A stretch of 64,000 nucleotides of DNA from positions 107,448,001 through 107,512,000 of the forward strand of contig NC_058368.1 of NCBI RefSeq assembly GCF_018350175.1, given 5' to 3'. Within the stretch, counting starts at the first letter, position 1. Each line of letters opens with the position of its first letter. The position numbers were made by a program, and so were the translations under genes. Source of the DNA: Felis catus. Taxonomy: Eukaryota. Of this stretch, positions 12,900 through 24,830 are shown one piece after another. Under the pieces are notes generated by a model. That model did no database searches. It saw only the letters and a program-made list of their open reading frames with translations, and was not told the origin of the DNA.

Positions 12900-14620
12900 C
12901 CTCCTTTATAGCTGTTTAACAAGTAGGGCAACTAACCAGGGCTGACAGATCAGTTTAGAATAACTGAGAACTCCAGTCAGGAAGGGAGGCCATTTTACTT
13001 GAAGGCTCTTTTCCATAGTTATTTATCTACCTGGTGCCCACAATAAAGCAGGAGTTTGGAAAGTGCCTCCTTCACTGTTCAGGTATGCAAATGGTTATCA
13101 AACACCATTTGAGTCAGGCACAAAACACCGTTTACCTTTTTGGATCCTACTTTCATTTAAACTAAACACCCCGCCCCCCCAATCCTAAGACTCAGAAAAA
13201 GATCCACTGCTTCTAGAGAAGGGTAGAGACAAAAAGGCCTTCTGTCTGAGGTGAGATGCAGGAAATTCACTTGGTTCCAGGCTTTGGCATCAACACAAAA
13301 CAGGAATCTGTTCAGTTGGAAGAGAAGCAGGAAATTCTCTCCTTCTTCTTCTCCTTTTTTTTTTTTTTTTTGAATTTATTTATTTATTTATTTTGAGAGA
13401 GAGGGAAAGAGAGCGCACCAGCAGAGGAGGGGTGGAGAGAGAGGAAGACACAGAATCCCAAGCAGGCTCTGTATCATCAGTGCAGAGTCTGACATGGAAC
13501 TTGACCCCATGAATCTGTGAAATCATGACCTAAGCCAAAATCAAGAGTCAGATGTTTAATGGATGGAGCTGCCCAGGCACCCCTTCTCTTTTGCCCAAGA
13601 CCTAGCATGGATACAGGTAGAGTTTAGCTGCCAAAGAGAGGAGGAGTGGAAATGCTGAAAAGGCCCATATACAGTGCTCAGCACAGGCCTGCAGAATATT
13701 GAAGCACAACAAATAGAACTGAGAACTTGCCTGCTGCAACACATAAGCCCAGAAGTTTATCAACAGTGAAAAGCAAGAAAATGCCCTCTCTATGGCACAG
13801 ACATCAGGAAGCACTGGAAGCTGAAGGTGGAATAGAGTGAGTAAAATACTCTGGCATCTCAGGCCATATACTGAACATATGCTAACAGCAGCCTAGGGCT
13901 GGAAGAATTTGAAACCTATGATGCACAGACAGCTGTGTGACAATATTGAAGAGTCTAACATAGATGTGATTAGACTTCAAAAAAGACAAGACAGAAAGAA
14001 CATGACAGAAGGAATATTTGAAGAGATAATGGCCAAGAATTTTCAAAATTATTGAAAGAATATCCTGAAGAAACTTATAAAACCCTAAGAGAATAAACAA
14101 AAATTTAAAAAATAAACAACAAAACAAAAGAAAACACTACTTTGACACATTATAGTCAAGTTTCTGGACACCAGAAATATAGAAAATGCCTTGAAAATAT
14201 ACAGAGAAAAAAATTGTTAGGTACAAAGAAACAAAAGTAAGAATTATAGCATACCATTCATCAGAAAATATATAAGTCAGAAAATAGTGAACAAATAATA
14301 TCTTTTTATTCTGAAATTAAAAGAACTCAGCCAAATTACTATAGTCAGCACCTATATCCTTTAATAACAAGGCAAAGATTTTCTTAGAAAATGTGAGAGA
14401 AGGCATTGCCAACACACCTGCCATCGAAGAAATATTAAAGGAAGCTCTTCAGGTACAGGGAATTTTATAAAAACTGGAAATTTGGATCTACATAAAAAAT
14501 ATGAAAAGACTAGAAAAGGTAAAATTAAGGGTAAATATAAAAGACATTTTTGTCTTAATTTTAATCACTCTAAAAATAATTGACAATTTAAAGTTTAAAG
14601 AACACAATGTATTTGAGATT
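12900..14620 (+). mobile_element. Old L1M 5' UTR/ORF1 fragment, interrupted by a SINE
   Basis: FEEIMAKNF-type ORF1 remnant at about 14015 and A-rich plus-strand L1-like sequence. Boundaries approximate. Confidence 0.65.
13355..13583 (-). mobile_element. CAN-SINE
   Basis: Poly(T), (GA)n and ...CCCAGGCACCCC end. Confidence 0.88.
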
Positions 14621-15984
14621 TATGTAACATCAGTGGGTGGTTTCTTGTTTAGTGGCAAGGTTAGTAAGAGGTAAAAGTTGGTTGCACCATCTTAAGTAAT
14701 TCCCCCAAATTTCAAACGGTGGGTCAGCCCTTGAGTTTTAGGTGGCTTTGTCAACCATTCTTTGTCATATGAATGATTGGAGTCCTTAATTGCTCTTCCT
14801 AATATTTCTGCCCTTAAAAATTTAATCGCTAGGATATCTTCAGTGTAGTATGTTAAAATATTCTTGATAATTATCCATTCCAACTTGCTCCATACTTGAT
14901 TATGAAAGCATGCTGATGAATTGAAATATCTCTGTCATAAAACCATACACGTATATTGAACATCATTCTGTAAAAATATGTATTGTGCCTGATGTGACTT
15001 TGAGACAGAAATTAAAAGAAGATAATTGCCAAACCTATCATAGCATATCAACCAGCTTGCTCTGTTGGACTTTTGGTACTATCTTTACACCTAAAGTGTA
15101 AAGTGAGCACACCTCAAGTGCTGGAGTAACCACATTTCCCCTCCATAGTCTACTCTCTATCTCCAGAAAATATGCCTTGCACTGAGCCATCCCAGGAGTA
15201 TCAGAGAGCTTTTGAAATCAGTGCTTCACTTTCAATCATTTCTCTGATTAGGACTATTATCTCTTGTTGCTCTCCTGGAAATCCATATTGCTTATAGGGA
15301 AATCAGGATAAGGGTATTAGCACGTTTTCAAAGAGTTCAGGAGCCCCTCCCTCACTTGCCAGTGTGGAATAATGTACATATCTGTGTTTTATCCTTTGTT
15401 CCTTCCCCTTTCCCTTCCCCCTCTGCCTCCTCCCCTCCTTCCCTCAGTCCCTACTTTCCCTCCCTCCCTCTCTCTCTCTCTCATCATTCTAGTCCAGTGG
15501 GTGACTTTGAACAATCCTTCTGAAGATCACGGCCAGATAGAAAGAATTCTCACCAATTTTCTATACCCAAGTGATGCATATGCCTGAAGCTATGGTTTTG
15601 TCCTGGATTCTCTTCTTTTCCCCTGTAGGTGGAAGGAAGTATTAAAAACAAGTGATGGATTTTTCATATGCGAGGATATGGTTATTTTTTTCTATTTCTT
15701 TCTCTCCGCCAAAGATGCTACATCTTTCATAAATGCTGATGTAATTTTCTTTGGTTAGTTTAAGCTGTTGTGTTCACTTAGTCACACACTTTCAAATGCA
15801 TTTTTGTCACAGAAATGTGGTATTCTGCTTTAGAGAGATCCTCAGTCCCAGTGACAAGGGGTTGAGATCAGGACCCCATTTTCCTCCACTTAGCTTTCTC
15901 AGGAGCATTTTTCAGCAGTTTTGTCCTCTGTTTATTATTGTCTTCTGGTTATACATTGTGCCAAGATCCTTAGAAATTTTTTAA

Positions 15985-16098
15985 AAATTTATTTAAATCT
16001 ACCTTAGAAAGTAGTCAACATTGTGATCTCCGTTTTATAATTGAAATTGAAGCTGAATATGTTAATTAAGTTATCCAAGATCACACAGTTAGTAAATG
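15985..16098 (-). mobile_element. MIR, left part (continues at about 17100-17180 after the MLT1/L1 insertion)
   Basis: CTCCGTTTTATAATTGAAATTGAAGCTG...CCAAGATCACACAGTTAGTAAATG, continuing as GGACTTGAACTCAACTCTGCATGACTCCAAAG. Confidence 0.6.
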
Positions 16099-16388
16099 AA
16101 TTTAAGGGGAAATGGCATTTTTGTCACCAAGCAACAATTTACTTCACCTGCAATAATAGCCTTCAATTTTCAGGTCATGTGTTTTGCAAACTCTACAAAC
16201 CCATGGTCTTCTTGGCTGGTATGTAACCTGAGATAATATGGAGCTGCATTTATTTTCCAACATAAATAAAATCATAACATGGAAGAGAGAAAATCATGCC
16301 AAGAGTTGGAGAGCAATTCAGTCCTGATGATACCGTTTGATTCCTGAATTTTGATTCTCCCTAAATCCAGATTCCCCTGTAATTTTTC

Positions 16389-16532
16389 TTTTTTTCCTCC
16401 AGTTTTACTGAGGTATAATTGACAGATAAAATTTTATATACTTAAGGTGATGTTTTGATATATGTATACATTGTGAAATGATTTTCACAGTCACGCTAAT
16501 TAAAATATCCATCACCTCACAGTTACCTTTGT

Positions 16533-16623
<91 letters not shown>

Positions 16624-17024
16624 TGAAAACATTTAAGATCTACTGTCTTAGCAGGTTTCAAGTACACAATCCACTATTAACAACTTTGGTCATCATGGTT
16701 TACTTTTCATTCCCTGAACTTATTCACCTTCCATAACTGAAACCTTGAAAATGTGTTCTGTACACACACACACACACACATACACACACACACAAGCATA
16801 TTATTCAGTCTTGAAAAAGGAGGAAATCCTGCCATTTGTGACAACATAGATGAACCTGGAGGACATTATACAAAGTAAAATAAGGTAGAATGAGAAAGGC
16901 AAATGTGTGATACTACTTATATGTGGAATCTTAAAAAGTCCAACTCATAGAAGCAGAGAGTAGAAAGGTAGGGAGTAGACACTATAGGGAGATGTTGCTG
17001 AAAGGGTACAAAGTTTTAGTTAAG
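16389..17024 (-). mobile_element. 5'-inverted, truncated L1MA-type 3' end
   Basis: About 16403-16747 is L1 3' UTR in minus orientation, and 16748-17022 is the adjacent upstream L1 segment in plus orientation. Flanks are CTGTAATTTTTC and CTGGAAATTTTC. Confidence 0.8.
16535..16622. repeat. Compound (AG)n(TG)n microsatellite
   Basis: Directly visible, located inside the L1 3' UTR. Confidence 0.95.
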
Positions 17025-20000
17025 CTGGAAATTTTCAATTATATGTGCAAACAAATTCCCTTTACTTGCTTAGGCTAGTTGAAACTTTGTTTTGTGATAC
17101 AGTAATGGAGATAGGACTTGAACTCAACTCTGCATGACTCCAAAGTTTATGATATAATTCATATGCTACTGTGCCTCTCCATGGGTGTTATACTGTGGAC
17201 AGAGGAAGTTCAAGGAATTCTTTACCAATATCTAGTGACTTAACAAGTAAAAGATACTCTGTAATTTCCTCCTCTATCAGTAATGAGAAAGTTGTCTTAT
17301 ATAAAGTTTAATGTACCCTATGTGAGTATTTATTAGGGAAGTACACAAGTATTAGATATCTTTCTCAAAGCGCTAACCTGTGTTATGAGTAAATTATCAT
17401 TACAAATGCCATTATATAATTTTCTGTAGACTTGAGGTATATTTTACTTTTAAATGTCCAAGAAAGAAAGATCTCAATATTATTCTCTTGTTTTTTCATA
17501 AGGACTTCTCTCACAAGTGACCATTTTTTTTTTCCTAGTTCAAATTATGTCAATGTTTGTTAAAGGGAGTTAGACACATAGCCCACATGGCCCATTTGTT
17601 TTACTTCTTTCTAGTACCAAATCAATATATTCTAGTGATGGGACAAATGACTCTTTTCTCCTACTCCTACTACTAAAAGGAAATCACTTCACCTGATTCA
17701 GACTCTGGACCTGAGCATACACATTTAAGCCACCAGAATAAGCTGAAACCAAAGGAAAAAGGACTGTTCTCAAATACACAGCCCTTAGCAGGGCTAATGC
17801 AAGATTCCTTTTTCACTTGACACATGGAGAATTTACTACTCCTGGATGATAAAAACACAGTGTTGATTGTTGACTGATACTTATACTTACTGGCTTTGAA
17901 ATGAATCAAGTCCCTGTAATTGTTTAAGTGCCCAGTTAAAGACATTCGTTCCTTAGCTTGGCACAGAAATACTCAACAGCAAACCTGTGTCTCATGCACT
18001 ATAGCTGCCTTTACCACCTTCTAGAGAGTTCCTGTATATAGTTTCTCTGAAGCTGGTGCCAGCCGCTTAGTGAGCAATGAATAAACATAGGAATAATTTT
18101 GTCTGGAAAAAAAAAGCTATAACATAAAGCAGGTCTAGAGAGGTCTCAGGAAAACCCCAAGACACAGAACTGCTTGACAAAACAGACTTAGCTTACCACC
18201 AAATTTTAGCACCCTGTTAACTGCTTTCTCAGGTTCTCCCTCCAGGGAGGTTCAGGGGATGTTAAATAGTATTTTTCATGGTTAAAGACTCCATTTCACC
18301 TTGATGTCCCTTAAGCATGATACCAATTCTCCATTTAGATCATTCTGAGGTACAGAAGTTGGGAGGAAGTAGAGGGAAACTACAAAAAAACTTTGCAGGA
18401 TGGAATAGAGGGAGGAGAACCAAGACTTGTGTATGCAGAAGGCCAAGGTTACACTTAAATGCCTGGAAGCTTGTGCACCCTTAACTAGGGGAAAAGGAAA
18501 ATAGCATCTGTTTGTCAGCCCACTTAGTGGGGTCTCCCAGGAACAGTCACTGTAAGTGGAGGGTAGAGTGGAAAGGAAGAAAAATCCAAAGGAACATTAA
18601 AATATGATCTCTGTCATTAAGAAATAACAATGAAGTGGGAAATGGAACATGAACAAATTTTTTAAAAGATCAGTATAGCAGCAAACAATCAGAGGAGCTA
18701 AAAGTTTAGTAGGACTTGTCATCACTTCTCTCCATTACCCAAATCCCATCACACATACTTTGCCCACTAACACTTTCCAGTTGTGCCAGGCCTGGGGTTC
18801 ATATCTATCACATTCTCAATAAGCTCCTTGACTCAATTCCTGTCTTTTTCAGATTCTGAGTTCACCTCCTCCAGGAAGGCTTTCCTGAAATGCCATCCCC
18901 ACTGGGCTCTATCACACCATATGTAACTTGACTGTAAGTACTTTGAAGAATATATCTTTACCTTTATCTTCAGAACCTGAAATACAGAAAAGATTCAAGA
19001 AATATTTGATGAATAAAATAAGGTCCACCCCCATTATTTTGTGGATGGGTTGATTAAGACCTTGGGTTAGATAAGACTTTTGCCCAAGGTTCAGCATATA
19101 GAATAGAAGACTTAAACTCTGTTTTTTGTTGTTGTTGTTTATGGCCCTGTTCACTCCAGTCTATCTGATGTCTTTGCATCATAGGACTTACCCAATGTGT
19201 AATCTGTTACATACTCCAGGCCCAATATATATGTTAAAGACTGTCTCGCTTCCCACATTTGTCAAATGACTTTTTCTTTAAAAACTGAGGGTAAAGATTT
19301 TTTTCCTCCCAGAATTAGAAGGGCAAAATACTATGAAATATTACCTTGGACTTCAAGAGACTTTAATAGTTAGCTTGTATAACCCTCAATGGATGAATAC
19401 AAATCTCTTTGACATTTAAGACAAACTGGCCATTTGCCATCTGTTTGAAAACTCTAGTGGTGGCAACCATAATTTCTGAGGGATGCTGAATGGCTAACAT
19501 TTTAGAATTCTTCCTCATAATGTGCTGAAACATGCCTGAAGTTTCACAGGTCTGGCCTTCTTCCACATGGCGAAACTGCAAATGTTCATTGCGTGTCCTT
19601 TTTCGAGGGTTGGCCAGGATTGGACCTTCCATAGCAGTAACAAATCCCCTTGTGGCTGTGGCTCTCAGGAAGATGGGTCTGAACATGAAACAAATCACTG
19701 TTCCCAGGTGCCGATGGCAGTACATGAGTATATAAGAATCCGTGGGTAAACAGGAAGGAGGTAGAAAGTATGGCCATGGGAAGGATGAGCTAACTGATGA
19801 CCTGTTTTGGGTGAGGCTGGTGAGACAGAGCGTTTCATGAATATGCTAAGAATATGCAGTGTATTTGAGATAAATGTGCAGCTTCTTCTTAAAAAGAAAC
19901 ATTTACATAGAATGTTAACCTCTAGAATACCTAGGAAGGCTATCTTTTTGATTCAAAACAGACAAAAATACAAGTCACAACCATTCTACATATATGAAGT

Positions 20001-20863
20001 CCAAGTAATTTCAAATAAAATTACTGCTCAGCTGAATGCTTAAGCAATTTTGGATTGCTGGAGTGAATCAAAGAATACTTATAATGTAAGCTCATTAGGT
20101 TCACAGGCAGATATGCTGATTTAATTTAAGTGTTCTCCTCATTTAAATCTCACTTTTTCCTACTTTGGATTACTAGATGCTTTGGCTAATACCATTTGGT
20201 AAGCTACATCTTATAAAATTGCCTGTTTGTGAACTGTCTTGCTATTAAAACTTCCATAGCAAAAATCACTTGAATCAAGTGAAATCATTAAAAATGTGTG
20301 GCTCTTAAAAGCATGCCTTTCTCCCCTCCATCATAGTATCTTCCTATGCACAAAATAAGCTAGACTATTTATAATGGTTTATATGTCATGGCTTACATAT
20401 GGCTTTTATATTTATGATGGTTCCTAAATATAAAATTCATTCCAGTGTTAATAGAGACCCAGTTGATATGGTGGTTCAGTCTTGATTTTATAGTCTAGGA
20501 TTTTCATGGGAGAATTAGGGGAAACCTTAATCTCTTTTCCACCCACAGAATAACTCTGCTTATAGTAAAAGATACCTTTTTTAATTATAAACTGCTCTCA
20601 CAAAGTATTCCCTTTTTTCTGTAAAAATATGTAACAAGTTGGTTGTATAGTATTGAATGTATGTCCTGGTTTTAAGTTTTTTAGTTCAGAAATATTGTGA
20701 TTGCTCTTTATAAACCTATTTGGGAAAATATCTATTGTTCTTTTTAAGAAACTACTTAGGAATTACAGCATACAGCAGTGTAGCATTGTATGAATTTTAT
20801 CATTTGCCTCAACTTTGCACTCTTAGATTGTGGACACATTAGTCTATTAAAAACAGACTGGCA

Positions 20864-21069
20864 GCGTGCCTGGGTGGCTCAGTTGGTTGAGCGTCCGACT
20901 TCAGCTCCGGTCATATCTCATAGTTCATGACTTTGAGTCCTGCATCAGGCTTTGTTCTGACAGCTTAGAGCCTGGAGCCTGCTTCAGATTCTGTGTTTCT
21001 CTCTCTCTGTCCTTCCCCTGCTTGCACTCTGTCTCTCTCTCAAAAATAATAAAATAAACATTAAAAAAA
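20864..21069 (+). mobile_element. CAN-SINE (SINEC_Fc-like) with TSD
   Basis: TSD TTAAAAA(C/T)AGACTGGCA at 20847-20863 and 21070-21086. Confidence 0.92.
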
Positions 21070-21464
21070 TTAAAAATAGACTGGCACATCATGTTTACAG
21101 GCAGATAGAGGCTATGATCCACCCTCTCCCCAGTTTGCCCCCAAAATATCAAAACAGCAACAGCTTGGGGCCTAAGTCTGCATGGACCATTGAATTTGCC
21201 ACAACAGGCAGAGATAGTGGAAAGCATAATGAATAAAAGCTGAATGTGGTTTACACATTTTTCCCCCATAGGGCATGAAAAGAAATATAAATCCTTTAAC
21301 TGTTTCCTATCTGTTAGTGTTCTGAAGTTTTTTACTCATAGCAAGTAGAAAAATCACAGAGAAGCTTGTACCAAAATGAGAAGTTGCTTCAAAACAGTAG
21401 GATTAAAACACAAAATGTGTCGTTCAGTAATGTAATTCTTTTATTATAAATATTTCTTTGCTAT

Positions 21465-21667
21465 GGGGTGCCTGGGTGGGTCAGTCGGTTAAGCGTCCAT
21501 CTTCAGCTCAGGTCATGATCTCACAGTCCGTGACTTCGAGCCGCGCGTCGGGCTCTGTGCTGACAGCTCAGAGCCTGGAGCTTGCTCAGGTTCTGTGTCT
21601 CCTTCTCTCTCTGCCCCTCCCCTGCTCATGCTCTGTCTCTCTCTGTCTCAAAAATAAATAAAAACAG
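21465..21667 (+). mobile_element. CAN-SINE (SINEC_Fc-like), CpG-rich and relatively young, with TSD
   Basis: TSD AAATATTTCTTTGCT at 21448-21462 and 21668-21682. Confidence 0.92.
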
Positions 21668-22689
21668 AAATATTTCTTTGCTTCATAATAATTCAGTTGT
21701 TCACTAAGGTTCTACAGAAGAGAGAAAAATAAACATATAAATGTTAAAATTTATCTCATTTCATACCTCATCTAGCATGGTTTGTTTTCATATTACTACT
21801 TACAGAGTCTTTTTACTAGCATTCTCCCCAAGATACAGAATTGTAGAGATAACACTGATTGGAATGAATTTCCACTTTATACCTAAGGACAAATTCTTGG
21901 GTCTTATAATGGCCAAAAATAGACTGAGTCTACACCAAAACAAAGTAAACAAATACAACATTGGGGTTATTTGGGTTCAAAACAAAACAAAACAAAACAT
22001 TTTCTATTTCAGTTACCTGAAAATTTCAGCCCAAAGGAGCATTTAATTAAGATCTGAGTTATCTGTTATTTGATCTGGCCATCTGTATCATTGTCATATA
22101 TTTGGTATCATTGTCATTTTAAACATCCATTTCATTTTCAGCATTTAGGCACAGGTTTTGTTTACATGCATGTGACAAAATCTAGCACATTGTGAAAATA
22201 TTAAACTGGCTAGTTTAGCATATCACAACATATTTGATTTGATCTATTGTGTTGTTTAATTTAACCCAAATCAAACTATGAAAAACAAGCATGCCTAGAA
22301 TAGCTTTTTCTTTTTCAGAAAACTTGACTATTTTTTTCATGAAATTGTAAAAACTTTGAATATTCTTTCACACCTCAATTCCCTCATTTCAAAAATGAGC
22401 AAAGGATATTTATAGACCTATTTTTGATAGATACCTCGCTGACAGATGGAAGTCACCTTTAAATTATGAGGTGGAATATGAAATTATAGGTGAAATTTGA
22501 CATTTTAAGGTGTTCATCGTCCTCAAATGCAATTATAAGAATCAACCTAGTTTGAAAATAGCAAATGCCTTTCACTATCCTCAGGATGGATATTTTGAAA
22601 AGCCTTGGTATGTTCTTGGTTGGTATATCAAAGATTACTGAGGGTTGTAGAATAGTGATATATTGAATTATATATTACCTTCACCATTT

Positions 22690-22828
22690 TTTCCAGCTTT
22701 ATTGAGGCCAAATTGCCATATAAAGGTTACATATAGTTAAGGTATACAAAGTGATGATTTGATACATGTATACAGTGTGAGATGATTACTACAGTCAACT
22801 TAATTAACACATCCATCACCTCATAGTT

Positions 22829-22877
<49 letters not shown>

Positions 22878-23440
22878 TGAGAACACTTAAGATCTACTCT
22901 CTTAGCAAATTTCAAGTGTAAAAAAAAATTGTATTAACTATAGTCACCATGCTGTACATAGATCCCTAGAACTTATTCATGTTACAACGGAAATTGTGTA
23001 CTCTTGACGAATATCTCACCATTTCCCGTACCCTGCAGGCCCTAGCAACCTCATTTTTATTCTCTGGTTCCAAAAGTTCAGCTTTTTTAGATTCTACATA
23101 GAAGTGAATTCATACAGCATTTGTCCTTCTACATTCATCCATGTTGTTGGAAGTGGCAAGATTTTCTTCTTTATGACTGAATAATATTCCTGTGTGTGTG
23201 TTTGTGTGTGTATGCCAAATTTTCTTCATTCATCCCTTGATGGATGCTTCTGTTATTTTCATATCTTGACTGTGAATAATACTGCAGGGATGATGAGTGC
23301 ACAGATATCTTTTCAAGGTACTGACTTCATTTCCTTTGGGTTATGTACCCAGAAGTGGGATTGCTGGAACATATGGTAGTTCTATTTTTAGGTTTTTGTG
23401 GAATCTCCATACTGTTTTACATTTTGGCTCTATCATTTTA
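22690..23440 (-). mobile_element. L1MA-type 3' end with internal (TG)n
   Basis: TTTATTGAGG...CATCCATCACCTCATAGTTAC...GATCTACTCTCTTAGCAAATTTCAAG...GTGGGATTGCTGGAACATATGGTAGTTCTATTTT are typical L1 3' UTR/ORF2-end motifs. Confidence 0.85.
22835..22875. repeat. (TG)n microsatellite
   Basis: Directly visible in the sequence. Confidence 0.95.
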
Positions 23441-23619
23441 CCTTTTCTAATTTGAACCTAAAATTTTATTGCTTGATTATTTATGAACTTAAATCGCATT
23501 TTTTTCCTAATACAGTTTTAAGAGAAAAATATCAGTATGGTTTACATTAAAATATTTTTAGGGTGCTTTAGAAGGCTGTATATCAGTAAATGTACAAAAA
23601 AAAGTCCGTGTATTTACCA

Positions 23620-24830
23620 AACAGATAATACTGGAGTGCCTATTATGCACTAGTATGCTGTGTGTTGGAAATACAGTAGCAAGTCAAGCAGAAATGGTTC
23701 TTGCTCTCACAGAATAAAAGACATAGACATAAAAGCTACCAAATGAAAAAATCTTTATAAATTGTGGTCAGTGTTACTGACGAAATGAAGTGGAATGGAG
23801 AAAAATGTGTGTGTGTGTGGGGGGGGGGAATGGAATTACTTTGTATGTGGGAAAGCGTCTTTGAGGAATGGGTGTTTGAACTGAGAATTGAATAAGTCAA
23901 AGGCAGTAGCCATGTGAATAACAAACAGAAGTCAATAATGAAAAATGTGGCAGGATCACGCTGATCAGTGGTATCTTATGTAGTAAGGTATTTTGGAGCA
24001 ATAAACCAGGGTGAAAGCAAAGAAGGACCAGAAGGTGTGTTCGTCATTTGAATTTCAATCCCAAGTGCAATGGGAAACCTTTGGGTTTCGGGTAGATAAG
24101 GAACAGAGGTGATATGTAGGGAAGGATTGGTGGTGTCACAGGTACAAGCAGGGGGGACAACTGGAAAGGAGGCTATAAGAGTTCAGGTGAGAGATGACAG
24201 GATTGAAAGGTATAGTAGGAGTAGATATAGAAAGGTAGAGGTATTCATAATATGTTTCAGAGGTAGATCAGTTAAAACAAATTGTTGAAACTTGATGACA
24301 AAGTTCATGTGGTAGCAAGCAGGGATTGGCAACAAACTGGAAGAATATACTAACTTCTAAACTTCTGCCTTAAAGTGGATATATGGTAGAACATTTAATC
24401 ATAAGTGGGAAACTGATATATGAGTGAAAATAAAAGGATTCTGTTCTGCATGTTGAGTTTGACCTGTTTGAAATACTCAGTTATAACTGTTAGGAGTTCA
24501 TGTGGAAATGGGAGTGTAGAACCCAGAGGAGTGATTTGGGTTGCAAATATATATTTATTTATTAATTTTTTAAATGTTTATTGATTTTTGAGAGAGACAT
24601 AGCGCCAGTGGGGGAGGGGCAGAGAGAGAGGAAGACACAGAATCTGAAGTAGGCTTCAGGCTCTGAGCTGTCAGCACAGAGCCCAACATGGGGCTTGAAC
24701 TCAAAAACCGTGAGATCGTGACCTGAGCTGAAGTCTGACGCTTAATCAACTGGGCCACCCAGGTGCCCCGCAAATATATAATTAGAGATCATCAATATAT
24801 AGATTTTGTGAGAGAATTCTCCTTTCTACT
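23620..24830 (-). mobile_element. L2 remnant with a SINE inserted
   Basis: GAGTGCCTATTATGCACTAG...CTTGCTCTCACAG...GTGTTTGAACTGAG...CAGGTGAGAGATGAC...CATGTTGAGTTTGA are L2-type motifs. Confidence 0.65.
24554..24769 (-). mobile_element. CAN-SINE (SINEC_Fc-like) with TSD
   Basis: GCAAATATATA on both flanks (24543 and 24770). Confidence 0.92.

Larger units (their letters stand above)
16100..17100 (+). mobile_element. Degenerate MLT1 (MaLR) LTR interrupted by the inverted L1
   Basis: GTCCTGATGATACCGTTTGATTCCTG lies left of the L1. TTTTCAATTATATGTGCAAACAAATTCCCTTTACTTGCTTAGGCTAGTTG lies to the right, resembling an MLT1 3' part. Confidence 0.6.

Noticed and set aside
19363..19725. 120-aa minus-strand ORF
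   Set aside because: No recognisable domain or supported splice context. ORFs of this length occur by chance in GC-richer patches.
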